Of a stretch of 64,000 bases of DNA, positions 9,409 through 19,060 are shown in pieces; within the stretch, counting starts at the first letter, position 1, and the number at the start of each line of letters is the position of its first letter. The notes beneath the pieces were generated by a model. The model was given only the letters and a program-made list of their open reading frames with translations, did no database searches and had not been told where the DNA came from. The DNA lies in assembly GCA_965220925.1 (NCBI GenBank), contig OZ244851.1, positions 1,426,854 to 1,490,853 on the forward strand, read 5' to 3'. The translations under genes were made by a program, and so were the position numbers. The stretch comes from Thermodesulfobacteriota bacterium. Lineage in GTDB: Bacteria > Desulfobacterota_D > UBA1144 > Nemesobacterales > Nemesobacteraceae.

Positions 9409-11529
9409 TCAGCGCTTTTTTGCGAGAAGTTCTTTAATTGCCAAGTCGAAATGTTTTTTCCGAAGACGAAGCGCTTTTCTGTTTTTTCCCAGATGCTCTT
9501 TCATAAGATGCAAAGAAGCCCTGTTGCATAAAAGCTTCACGTCGGCCCCGGTTCGTCCCCGCAGTTTTTCGGCAAGCGAGTGGATATTCACGTCGGAGGC
9601 GACGGGTTTTTTTCTTGTGTGGATTTTCAGTATTTCGAGAAGTTCTTCTTTCGACGGAGTCGGAATTTCTACCAGCAGATCGAATCTTCCGGATCTTAAA
9701 AGCGCCGGCTCGATCATATCGATTCTGTTTGTGGCTCCCAACACCAGAACGTCCGAAAGTTCTTCAATTCCGTCGATTTCAACCAGCATCTGACTTACAA
9801 CTCTTTCCCCTACTTTAGTTGAATTTGTCTCGGAGCGTTTGGGGCAAAGCGCGTCCAATTCGTCGAAAAACAGAATACACGGGGAAACTTGCTTGGCTTT
9901 TTTAAAGATTTTTCTCACGGCCTGCTCCGACTCGCCTACGTACTTGGAGAGAAGTTCGGCTCCTTTTACGGATATGAAATTCACCCCCGTTTTGTTGGCC
10001 AGCGCTTTTGCGAGAAGAGTCTTTCCGGTTCCTGGAGGACCGTGAAGCAGTATTCCCTTGGGCGACGCTATGTCTAAAGCTTCGTAAAAGTTTCTGTGTT
10101 TCATCGGCCATATGGCGGATTCTATCAAGTCGTTCTTTACGCTCTCCATACCGCCAACGTCGTCCCAGGAGACCCTGGGGATTTCAACCATTATTTCCCG
10201 CGTCGCCGATGGATGGACGCTGCGAAGCGCCTCGAGAAAATTTTCCATGTTGACTTGCACCGCCAATGTGGAACCCATATCGGATATGTCCGCTTCCTCC
10301 ATTTCCGGCAGGATGTTTTTAAGAGAATTTATGGCCGCCTCTCTGCAAAGGTTCTCAATATCCGCTCCCACGTACCCGCTTGACAGTTCGGATAGCTTCT
10401 GAAAATCCACATCGTTTGAAAGCGGCATGTTTTTTGAGTGAACCTGAAATATTTCAAGACGCGCTTCAATTCCCGGTACGGGAAGCTGAATCTCTCTGTC
10501 GAATCTCCCCGGGCGACGAAGCGCCGGATCGATCATGTCGGGAAGATTCGTCGCGGCGATAATGGTGACGTTCCCCCTGTTTGTGAGGCCGTCCATAAGG
10601 GAGAGAAGCTGCGCGACCACTCTTCTCTCCACGTCTCCACTCGCTTTGTCCCTGCGGGGAGCTATGGCGTCAATTTCGTCGAGAAATATTATCGAAGGCT
10701 GATTTTTCGCCGCCGCTTCGAATATCTGACGCAGTCTCGCCTCACTTTCCCCGTAGAATTTGTGAATTATCTCGGGCCCGTTTATTACTTGGAAGTTAGA
10801 GTTGGTCTCAAACGCTATGGCCTTGGCCAGAAGGGTCTTTCCGCTTCCGGGGGGCCCCGTAAGCAAAATTCCCATAGAAGGTTTGACTCCAAGCCTTTCG
10901 AAAAGCGAAGGAAAGCGGATCGGGAATTCCAAAATTTCTTTTATCTTTCTTATCTGGCTTGAAAGCCCTCCTATGTCCGCGTACGTAATCCTCTCGGAAC
11001 CCGACTTTGTCCTCGGTCTTTGTATCACGTCCATTCGGGTTTTTTGACTTACGATTACCGAATGGCCGGGCGTGGTGGTAAGCACATCGAAATCTTCGGT
11101 TCTCACGGCCGATACCTTAACCGATACTTTGTCTCCTTCGGTAAGTGCGAATCCCTCAAGCCTGTTGCATAGATATTTGCTTCTTTCGGGGTCGTAGAGA
11201 AACGCCTTGTTTCTCGGGCAAAGCGTTATTCTGCTCGCTTTTTCCAAATCCGCCTTGCTTACGATAACTATATCGTCAAGTTCGACTCCCGCATTTTCTC
11301 TCGTAAGAAAATCTATTTCTATTACGGATTCAGCTTCCTCTTCCTCCCGTTCGATATCCAAAGGAAGCGCTCTTACCACCGTTTTTCTTCTTCCGTCTAT
11401 TCGGATAAGGTCCCAGGACTCCAGATCGAGTTCTTTCATATCTATACTGCTAATCCTGGCATACCCCTTGCCGCAGTCTCTTGAATGAATTTCGGATATT
11501 TTAAGCGATATCATGACGTTACCTTTCAA
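9409..11529 (-). CDS. CDC48/VCP-like AAA+ ATPase (N-domain plus two AAA modules)
   Basis: Two Walker A motifs ([20 protein letters not shown] and [20 protein letters not shown]). Each has a Walker B (FLDEID / FFDELD) and a second region of homology. Confidence 0.85.
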   Translation of the reverse strand: MKGNVMISLKISEIHSRDCGKGYARISSIDMKELDLESWDLIRIDGRRKTVVRALPLDIEREEEEAESVIEIDFLTRENAGVELDDIVIVSKADLEKASRITLCPRNKAFLYDPERSKYLCNRLEGFALTEGDKVSVKVSAVRTEDFDVLTTTPGHSVIVSQKTRMDVIQRPRTKSGSERITYADIGGLSSQIRKIKEILEFPIRFPSLFERLGVKPSMGILLTGPPGSGKTLLAKAIAFETNSNFQVINGPEIIHKFYGESEARLRQIFEAAAKNQPSIIFLDEIDAIAPRRDKASGDVERRVVAQLLSLMDGLTNRGNVTIIAATNLPDMIDPALRRPGRFDREIQLPVPGIEARLEIFQVHSKNMPLSNDVDFQKLSELSSGYVGADIENLCREAAINSLKNILPEMEEADISDMGSTLAVQVNMENFLEALRSVHPSATREIMVEIPRVSWDDVGGMESVKNDLIESAIWPMKHRNFYEALDIASPKGILLHGPPGTGKTLLAKALANKTGVNFISVKGAELLSKYVGESEQAVRKIFKKAKQVSPCILFFDELDALCPKRSETNSTKVGERVVSQMLVEIDGIEELSDVLVLGATNRIDMIEPALLRSGRFDLLVEIPTPSKEELLEILKIHTRKKPVASDVNIHSLAEKLRGRTGADVKLLCNRASLHLMKEHLGKNRKALRLRKKHFDLAIKELLAKKR

Positions 11530-11562
11530 AAAAGATATTAACGCTTAAAATCTTATGGTCAA

Positions 11563-11592
11563 GAACGCGGTCGCGACTTTTGCGAACGCGGT
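11563..11592. promoter_or_regulatory. Direct repeat GAACGCGGT-N12-GAACGCGGT in the divergent recF / CDC48-like promoter region
   Basis: Exact 9-bp repeat with 21-bp centre-to-centre spacing, 30-60 bp upstream of the recF GTG start. Confidence 0.3.
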
Positions 11593-11622
11593 TTGCTTCA
11601 AAAAAACATTCGGGAAAATCAA

Positions 11623-12714
11623 GTGGAGTTAAAGCACCTAAGCCTAAGAAATTACAGGAATTATGAAAAGCTTTCTCTTCCGTTTTATTCGGGATTTAAC
11701 GTTATCCACGGTCGCAACGCTCAAGGGAAAACCAATCTTATCGAATCCATATATCTTGTCTGCGGGCTACGGCCGTTTTCAGGCGCGAAAAATTCGGAAC
11801 TCGTGCGGTTCGGTTCCGAGGCATCGTTGGTAAAAGGAGAGATTTTAGCGGAAAACGGCTTAAACGAGGTGCATATAACCGTGAGGAAGGAAGGAAGACA
11901 CACAAGGCTTAACTCAAAAACCATTCGAAGCGTAAGTCAGCACTTCGGTAGATTCAAAGTGGTTCTCTTTCTTCCCTCGGACATAGAGATAGTAAAGGGA
12001 GGACTTCAAGTCAGAAGAAACTATCTCGATTCCGTGATAAGCGCTCTATCTCCGGCGCATATAAAGCAACTTCGCGATTATCAAAAGGCGCTGATTCAAA
12101 GAAACCACATGCTCGGTTCAAGAGAAAAAGTTTCTTCTCTGTCGATAGAGCTTTGGGACGAACAAATAGCCCAAAAAGGGGCCGAAATAATCAACCGTCG
12201 TATCGAGATGATAAAAAACTTTAACCATAAACTTGGCGAAGTTTACGGAGAACATGGAGAATCGGACGTTTCGGCGCGCATAAACTACGGTTTTTCCTTC
12301 GAGCGCGGGGCGGATATTGTGGAAAGCATAAGAAACGCGCTGGCCAAAAGCTTTTCCGCCGACAGGAAAAGGGGGCATACCACCGTAGGTCCCCACAGAG
12401 ATCGAATCGGATTTCTTGTGAATGGAAAGGACGCTTCGCGTTTCGCTTCCCAGGGACAGTCGAAAAACCTGGTCCTGGCGCTCAAAGCATCCGAGATAAA
12501 GATTTTCAGAAACCACTCGAAGATCAATCCAATACTCATTCTAGACGACATAACAAGCGAACTTGACACCAAACGGAGGAGTTTTCTTTTCAATACGCTT
12601 TCGAAGTTTCCGGGCCAAGTGTTCGTCACCTCCACCGATAAGAATGAAATACCTCGCCGAGGGGAATTTCATTCTTATCTCGTCGATTCCGGTAGGGTGA
12701 AGATCGGGGCCTGA
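11623..12714 (+). CDS. recF: DNA replication and repair protein RecF
   Basis: N-terminus VELKHLSLRNYRNY followed by P-loop GRNAQGKTNLIESI. C-terminal ABC-like signature region. A GTG start at 11623 is preferred over the ORF-track ATG at 11593. Confidence 0.85.
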   Translation: MELKHLSLRNYRNYEKLSLPFYSGFNVIHGRNAQGKTNLIESIYLVCGLRPFSGAKNSELVRFGSEASLVKGEILAENGLNEVHITVRKEGRHTRLNSKTIRSVSQHFGRFKVVLFLPSDIEIVKGGLQVRRNYLDSVISALSPAHIKQLRDYQKALIQRNHMLGSREKVSSLSIELWDEQIAQKGAEIINRRIEMIKNFNHKLGEVYGEHGESDVSARINYGFSFERGADIVESIRNALAKSFSADRKRGHTTVGPHRDRIGFLVNGKDASRFASQGQSKNLVLALKASEIKIFRNHSKINPILILDDITSELDTKRRSFLFNTLSKFPGQVFVTSTDKNEIPRRGEFHSYLVDSGRVKIGA

Positions 12715-12807
12715 GAAAAGTAGGGGTTTCGGAAAAATTGGTTTTTTTATAAGGTAATGTATAAATAAAGTGGAAAAGACCTTCACTCTAAGGAGAGCCG
12801 AGCTGAA

Positions 12808-13692
12808 ATGGATACAAAGATTATCGATAATAATTTTTTTTCACCCGAAGCGATAGCTTCTTACTTGATTGAGACCGGAGAAGGACCGATTTTGATAGAA
12901 ACCGGTCCGGACACTTGTTATGAGAATCTCAAAAGCGGACTTTCAAATTTAGGTTATTCCCCCTCCGACGTAAAACACGTGTTTGTGACTCATATTCACC
13001 TCGATCATTCGGGTGGTGCTTGGCATTTCGCCGAGGAAGGTTCCAAAATATACGTTCACTCCGTGGGCGCACCACATCTTATTGACCCGGAGAGGCTGAT
13101 GGTTTCGGCCGCCAGGATATACGGAGACAGAATGGAAGAGCTCTGGGGAGAGGTTAGAGGGATGAACGAGAGCAGCGTGATTGCTCTTGAGGATAACCAG
13201 GTCGTTACGGTGGGAGAAGTGGAAGTAAAAGCTATTGAGACTACTGGGCACGCGGGACATCATTTCGCGTATCTTGTGGAAAACTCTCTTTTTACCGGAG
13301 ATGTGGCTGGATGCAAAGTCTCCGACGGACCGATGATTCCGGCTACTCCACCTCCGGAAATACATATGGAAAAGTGGTACGCCTCCATTGACAAAATAAG
13401 AGAGATATCACCCGATCTGCTTTATTTCACCCATTTCGGAGCGTATTCCGACGTTAATCCTCTGCTCGACTCACTTGAGGAAAGACTCCATGAATGGACG
13501 GATTGGGTGGGCAAAAGAGTTTCCGAAGGGAAATCGGACGAGGATATAACCGAAGAATTTCGCGAATATTTTGAAGAAATTTTCAAACAAGAGGGTACGA
13601 GCGAGGAACTTCGTTCCAAATACAACCTGATGGCGCCCTATTGGATGAATGTCGGCGGTCTTATTAGATACTGGAAGAAATACAGGACGTAG
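12808..13692 (+). CDS. MBL-fold metallo-hydrolase
   Basis: HxHxDH motif (THIHLDHSGG) and downstream His/Asp ligands. Confidence 0.75.
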   Translation: MDTKIIDNNFFSPEAIASYLIETGEGPILIETGPDTCYENLKSGLSNLGYSPSDVKHVFVTHIHLDHSGGAWHFAEEGSKIYVHSVGAPHLIDPERLMVSAARIYGDRMEELWGEVRGMNESSVIALEDNQVVTVGEVEVKAIETTGHAGHHFAYLVENSLFTGDVAGCKVSDGPMIPATPPPEIHMEKWYASIDKIREISPDLLYFTHFGAYSDVNPLLDSLEERLHEWTDWVGKRVSEGKSDEDITEEFREYFEEIFKQEGTSEELRSKYNLMAPYWMNVGGLIRYWKKYRT

Positions 13693-13767
13693 CACTCCCG
13701 AGATTTCCTTTTCGAAGTTTGATTTTGTTTTCTTCAGGCGCCGGCGTTATAATAAGCTTTTTCGATT

Positions 13768-13843
13768 CGGGGTGTGGCGCAGCTGGAAGCGCGCAGCATT
13801 TGGGATGCTGAGGTCGGAGGTTCGAGCCCTCTCACCCCGACCA
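13768..13843 (+). tRNA. tRNA-Pro (anticodon UGG), CCA encoded
   Basis: Acceptor CGGGGTG/CACCCCG, anticodon loop TTTGGGA, T-arm GGTTCGAGCCC, 3' ACCA. Confidence 0.85.
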
Positions 13844-13877
13844 TTTCCCCGAAGTTAATGCTTTTTAAGTTTTTTTC

Positions 13878-13951
<74 letters not shown>

Positions 13952-14091
13952 CGGCAACTAAGAATTCGCTTGATTCTTTGGACAGCGCGGCGCGCGCTTC
14001 GGACAGGGTGCCCGAAGGATTGCCGAAAACCGTTTTTGACAGACCCCTGGAAAGTTCCGCGAATTTTTAAAATGAAGATATAAGGCTACGT

Positions 14092-15459
14092 TTACAGCAG
14101 TGCCGCGCCTAGGAAAAGGTAAAAGGCGGTACCGAATATATCGTTGAAGGTAACTAGAAACGGTCCGGAAGAGACCGCCGGATCCATTTTCAGCTTGTTA
14201 AGCACCAAAGGACCCGCGACGCCCAGAAACGAAGTCGTAAGCGTGGCTCCCACGATGCCCGCGAATATTACCAGAAACAGTCTTAACAGATCGATATTCG
14301 CCGTATTGAGCAGGACTCCTATCAAAGATCCCAAAATGCCGCTTATTATTCCAAGAGTCAGTCCGACTTTAAGTTCCGCGAGAAGAAGATCTTTTATTTG
14401 AGTCCTGACGAAATCTCCCGTGGCCAGGACTCTAACAGTAATGGTGTTCGTTTGAACCCCCACATTTCCCCCGGTAGCCATGACCAGAGGCAGTAGCGCG
14501 GCGAGTATGATAAAGTTTTCAAGCGTGGTTTGAAATTTCCGCATTATGAGAAAAGCCACCAGAAGCTCGCCCACGATAGCCAGCATTATCCACGGGGCTC
14601 TCAGCTTGACGTTTCCGTATATGGAAGTGTGTATCGGGTGAATTCCTTCGCCGCTTATTCCGCCGAGTTTGTATATGTCCTCTCCGGCTTCTTCGGAGAT
14701 TACGTCAAGTATGTCGTCGGCCGTTACTCTTCCGAGAAGCACTCCCGAGTTGTCTAACACCGGGAGGGATATTTCGTCGTATTTTCTGAAAATTTTGGCT
14801 ACTTCTTCCTGGTCCATATATGGAGTGAGAGTAATTTCGATCGGATCCATAATTGTCCAAAGCGGGGAATTCGGGTCCGCGGTGGAAAGCTTAAGCGGAA
14901 AGACTCTTCCCACAAGCTTCCCGGTTTCGTTCACCACGTAGACCATATGCAGGTCTTCTACATCTTCTTCATCTTCCTCTTCGATCTTTTTTATCAGTTC
15001 CACCATTTCGCTCGCGGTAGCGTCGTGAGAGCTTTTAAGAACTTCGGTTTGCATTATCCCACCGGCGGAATCTTCGGGATATTTGAGAAGCGGCGTTATA
15101 TCTTCGCGTTTTTCCGGATCGATGTTTGCGATAACGGAGTCCGCCAAGTCCTCTGGCAGTTCTCCCAGAAAATCGGCCGCGTCGTCCGATTCCATCTCTT
15201 TCGCCATTTCTGTGATAAAAGTTTTTGGCAGTGATTTGAGAAGGCCAGTGCGTTCCTCCGGATTTAACTGAAAGTAGACTTCGGAGGCTATATCCATATC
15301 CAAAGACTCTAATATCAGATGCTTCTTTTCCTGAGGGAGAGATTGTATGATGAACGCTATTTCGGACGGATGCATAGAGTTGGTTATGTTTTTTACCGTT
15401 TGCAGGTCCCCCCTTTTAAGTGCTCTTTCTATTCCTTGCGCCGTTATCTCAATATTCAT
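14092..15459 (-). CDS. mgtE: Magnesium transporter MgtE
   Basis: Cytosolic MgtE-N and CBS pair followed by 5-TM MgtE domain (ending ...GVAGPLVLNKLKMDPAVSSGPFLVTFNDIFG). Confidence 0.9.
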   Translation of the reverse strand: MNIEITAQGIERALKRGDLQTVKNITNSMHPSEIAFIIQSLPQEKKHLILESLDMDIASEVYFQLNPEERTGLLKSLPKTFITEMAKEMESDDAADFLGELPEDLADSVIANIDPEKREDITPLLKYPEDSAGGIMQTEVLKSSHDATASEMVELIKKIEEEDEEDVEDLHMVYVVNETGKLVGRVFPLKLSTADPNSPLWTIMDPIEITLTPYMDQEEVAKIFRKYDEISLPVLDNSGVLLGRVTADDILDVISEEAGEDIYKLGGISGEGIHPIHTSIYGNVKLRAPWIMLAIVGELLVAFLIMRKFQTTLENFIILAALLPLVMATGGNVGVQTNTITVRVLATGDFVRTQIKDLLLAELKVGLTLGIISGILGSLIGVLLNTANIDLLRLFLVIFAGIVGATLTTSFLGVAGPLVLNKLKMDPAVSSGPFLVTFNDIFGTAFYLFLGAALL

Positions 15460-15658
15460 CGAAGCTTCTCTCTATCTCTTCCGTTTTTTGAAAGAGGAAG
15501 GTTTGGAATTCACCTTTTCGTAAACCCTCTAGGATACAGTTTTCAGTATTGATTGCCACAATATCCGAATTTTTCTTTTAAAGTTTCGCGGCGGGTTTTT
15601 CGCCACCGGTCTTATGGAAGCCTAAGTTTAAGTTGTTTCTTTTCCGGAAGGTTTTTTC

Positions 15659-16744
15659 TTATCGGATAGCAAGCTGCCAAGAAAGAGACAGACTGTAATC
15701 GGTTTTAAGCTGCGGGCCATCTAAGTCTTCATAGAGCGGAAGTCCCATCTCCACCGCCAGACGGTTACCGGAAAAACGCCCCTTCGACTTATAAAAATTA
15801 AGCCCGGCAAATCCGTAAACGCTTTTTCTGCCGCTTAGATCCGGGCGCGCCGTCGGGACCATCTTCGGATTTAGGTCATAATCGTCGCCGTTTATCTTTC
15901 TTCGTATTTCTCCGTCAACGCGCAGAGAGACGCTCACGTGATTGTTTAGATTCTTTGCGACCCATATCGAAACTCCATGCTCGTTACCGCGCCTGTAACC
16001 TTCGTCGTTTTCTCCGAAACGCAGTACGGAATCGGATTGAAGCCCCATTGACCAGTCGGGATACCTTCTCAGCCACGTTAGCGCCACAACCGGATCGTAA
16101 GTTCCCGAACCGATTTGCATTGGATAGGGAAGTTTCTGTCCGGTTCCCGCGGGAGTATTCCCACGTTTGTTCGTACTTCCCGTGGGGAGGCTAATGCCAA
16201 GGTTAACATGGATTTTGTCCTCCCGACCACGCTCAGTTTTAGCGGTATCGCTTTTCGTAGAGTCATAAATCGAGAAAAGCCCGAGTAGCTTTATATCGCC
16301 AAGCCCTTCTGTTTCGGTTTCGAATTTTTCGCCGGCGCGCGTCAGGTGACTCATGGATTTCTTCACGTAAGGGCCCATCGCCATCATGGTAAGCCCATCG
16401 GTAATTCCATACATGAATCCGAACATGTGCATTTCCGCCGTCATATCAAGCGGAGCTACCATAAAATCGGAAAGCACCCGGGTGCTGCTCAGGTCATCCG
16501 TGCCGTCGCGATTACCGTCCATCTCCATTCGCATGTAACGGTAGGAAAACATCCACTCTCCCGGCTTATGCAGATGATCGCCCATAATTCCCGCGGGTGC
16601 GTGATCGTCCGGAAGCGAACTGTTTCCCGCAAGCGTAACGTTTGGAACCAGAAAAGCTAAAACCGTCGTTATTAGCGCCGCAATCAACCTTTTTTGCGGC
16701 AACTTACCGTACATGGGAAGCTTTTCCGTCTTCTTTCGCGACAA
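15659..16744 (-). CDS. Putative outer-membrane beta-barrel protein (signal peptide; alternating-residue strands; C-terminal aromatic-rich strand)
   Basis: Signal peptide IAALITTVLAFLVPNVTLA, amphipathic beta-strand pattern, ends ...LSLSWQLAIR. Sits 2 bp after the isocitrate lyase stop, so likely in the same transcript. Confidence 0.4.
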   Translation of the reverse strand: MSRKKTEKLPMYGKLPQKRLIAALITTVLAFLVPNVTLAGNSSLPDDHAPAGIMGDHLHKPGEWMFSYRYMRMEMDGNRDGTDDLSSTRVLSDFMVAPLDMTAEMHMFGFMYGITDGLTMMAMGPYVKKSMSHLTRAGEKFETETEGLGDIKLLGLFSIYDSTKSDTAKTERGREDKIHVNLGISLPTGSTNKRGNTPAGTGQKLPYPMQIGSGTYDPVVALTWLRRYPDWSMGLQSDSVLRFGENDEGYRRGNEHGVSIWVAKNLNNHVSVSLRVDGEIRRKINGDDYDLNPKMVPTARPDLSGRKSVYGFAGLNFYKSKGRFSGNRLAVEMGLPLYEDLDGPQLKTDYSLSLSWQLAIR

Positions 16745-16746
16745 CT

Positions 16747-19020
16747 TCAGGATTTTTTCTGAGGTTTTGTTTCTTTCTTGATAAGCTTTCCGAGTTCTTT
16801 GCCATCGGGATTTAAAAGTTCATTTAAGTAGGCGTTGTCCACTTTGGTCACTATTATGTGCCCGACTTCAGTATTTACGGACTCATAAATGCGGAGTTCC
16901 ATCATTCTTCGGGTTTGCTTCAAGTTATCTTCCGTGGGGCTTACGTAGTGCACGAATTCGGTTTTGTAGCGATGAATCAGGAAAAGGTGAAGCAGAGTCG
17001 TAAGACGTTTCTGACGCAAATCAACCTCAAAATTATTTTCGTCCCGTATAGTCAGGATCTTCTCCCCTTTCCTGTCTTGCAGTATTTCGAATATGATATC
17101 CGCCACCTTCTTGTTCTTGCTGTTTAAAATGTTCAGTTCAAGCACGAACGTTCCAACCGTGTGGGGTTTTAGTTCAACGGTGAAGGTATCTTCGATCTTA
17201 TAGTGGTTGGTCCATAACTCGAGCCACTCTTCAAGAACCTTGATGGAGACTTCCGTTTGAACCAGATGCTGGAACTGAGTAGACCCCTTGCCCATTGCCT
17301 TTGTCGTCGCCGTTCTTCCCGAACTCGCTACGAGAGCTCCGTCCATTCTCGGTCCCCCGACATGGGTTTGCGGAGTCTTGTAAGGCGAATTTATAAGCCT
17401 TAGTCTCCTTTGTATGCGCGCCAGGGCGAGCATACCGTCTTCCTGTAAAGCGGTTGAGAATTCTTCTGCGGCCAAGCCGTCGATTTGATGCCCTCCGTAG
17501 GTTATGAAATCGAATACGAATCCCAACTTCCCAATTTCCTCCGGGAATTTTTTCATTTCTTCGTCGCTCATCCCGGTCGTGTCCCAGTTAAAGGAAGGAG
17601 ACAGGTTGTAGGCCAGCATCTTATCGGGAAAAACCTCGTGAATAGCTTCGGCGAACTGCCTCGCGTCTTCGATATCGGCTGTTTTGGTCTCCATCCAGAG
17701 TACGTCGGCAAAAGGCGCCGCGGCGAGTGATTTGGCGATGGCGTATTCAATCCCGCCTTTCACCTGATAATATCCCTCCGGAGTTCTTGAAATCTCCGGA
17801 TCCCAAGTGTAGTCAATTCCCAGAGAATCGGCTTTCTCCATCGCTTCTTTCGTCGACGCGGTTTTGGCGAACTCGTTCCATTGCTCGATCGTAATATCGA
17901 ATTCAATTCCTTGCTCGGTGTTAAACTGGATGAGTTTCTCTATCGTGTCGCCGAACGTGCTTAATCCGGACTCCTCTTCCCAGGCCTCGACAAACTTGGT
18001 GGCGATGGAATCGAAAACGCTTTCGAACTGATGAGTGTTTTCGTTCATTTTCCCGACGCTTTCATTCACTAACGCGGCTATTCCCGCTTGTTCCAGCCAC
18101 TTCTCGGTCTCAGAGTACGTCTCGTCGCTGATTTTGTACAGTTTGTGACCATTTATGTCTTTTACGCCCTTTTCGTGAATCATTTTGAGAATAGTCAGAT
18201 AACAGTTTTTATAGCTTGGAATGTTAAGTTTGGTGGCTCCCAGAATAAAAGGCTGATCGCGCTCGTCTCCGTTTCCGTCCAGAAGAGTGGCGGCTTCGGC
18301 GTCGGTTCTTGAAACTATGATTCCCGGCACTTCCATTATGTCGAGTTGGAATCTCGCCGCGTTTAGCCTTTTTATCTGTTCGTCCGAAGGTACGAGAACC
18401 TTTCCGCCCTGATGGCCGCATTTTTTCGTTCCGGGCTTCTGATCTTCTATGTGATAGCCAGTCACTCCGACTTCGACGAATCTGCGGATAAGGTTTCTTA
18501 CGTGAGCGTCACCCCCGTGCCCTGTATCCGCGTCGGCTACTATAAACGGACTATAATCAATTTCGGGAGTTTGAGCTCTTTCCTTTTCCGTCATCCTCGA
18601 TCGGTTGTATTTCTGATTTTTATCCGCGGTGAGAAGTGCTCTCACTATGGGAGCCGCTTCATCGGGTACTTGGCTTAGCGGGTAGCTTGCTAGGTCGGCT
18701 CCTTGATCTTCCGCAATGGATCCTTTCGCCGACGTGGCCCAACCGCCCAGATAAATTCCTTCTATGCCCTTTCTTTTCATCATTACCGCCTGTCCGGGCG
18801 AGTACGGCCCGAAAGACGTTATTTGTTTCTTTTTGGAATAAAGTTCCCGAAGCCTTTTATAGAAAGCTCCCGCGGCGTTTTTGGCGACGGAATAATCATT
18901 TTTTATAGTCCCTCTTTGCTCCACCACCTGACGTGGCGAATATAGACGGGTTATTCCCTTAAAACGCTCGCTTGAAAAATACCTCTTCGTCTTCCTTATC
19001 TCATCTTCGAACAGACTCAT
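16747..19020 (-). CDS. aceA: Isocitrate lyase, long ICL2-type (757 aa)
   Basis: Isocitrate lyase signature KKCGHQGGK, Mg-site DADTGHGG, and an N-terminal PEP-mutase/ICL fold. About 330 extra residues compared with a ~430-aa ICL1. Confidence 0.85.
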   Translation of the reverse strand: MSLFEDEIRKTKRYFSSERFKGITRLYSPRQVVEQRGTIKNDYSVAKNAAGAFYKRLRELYSKKKQITSFGPYSPGQAVMMKRKGIEGIYLGGWATSAKGSIAEDQGADLASYPLSQVPDEAAPIVRALLTADKNQKYNRSRMTEKERAQTPEIDYSPFIVADADTGHGGDAHVRNLIRRFVEVGVTGYHIEDQKPGTKKCGHQGGKVLVPSDEQIKRLNAARFQLDIMEVPGIIVSRTDAEAATLLDGNGDERDQPFILGATKLNIPSYKNCYLTILKMIHEKGVKDINGHKLYKISDETYSETEKWLEQAGIAALVNESVGKMNENTHQFESVFDSIATKFVEAWEEESGLSTFGDTIEKLIQFNTEQGIEFDITIEQWNEFAKTASTKEAMEKADSLGIDYTWDPEISRTPEGYYQVKGGIEYAIAKSLAAAPFADVLWMETKTADIEDARQFAEAIHEVFPDKMLAYNLSPSFNWDTTGMSDEEMKKFPEEIGKLGFVFDFITYGGHQIDGLAAEEFSTALQEDGMLALARIQRRLRLINSPYKTPQTHVGGPRMDGALVASSGRTATTKAMGKGSTQFQHLVQTEVSIKVLEEWLELWTNHYKIEDTFTVELKPHTVGTFVLELNILNSKNKKVADIIFEILQDRKGEKILTIRDENNFEVDLRQKRLTTLLHLFLIHRYKTEFVHYVSPTEDNLKQTRRMMELRIYESVNTEVGHIIVTKVDNAYLNELLNPDGKELGKLIKKETKPQKKS

Positions 19021-19060
19021 AACTGTACTCTCCTAAAAATTTTTTGTTTTCTTCGAGAAC

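Noticed and set aside
15460-15658. Possible Mg2+ (M-box/ykoK) riboswitch in the ~200-nt leader upstream of mgtE
   Set aside because: Reading the minus-strand leader, I could not recognise the conserved M-box helices or sequence blocks. Only a short GGCG/CGCC hairpin with a U5 loop is present. An Rfam scan would be needed to settle it; not claimed.
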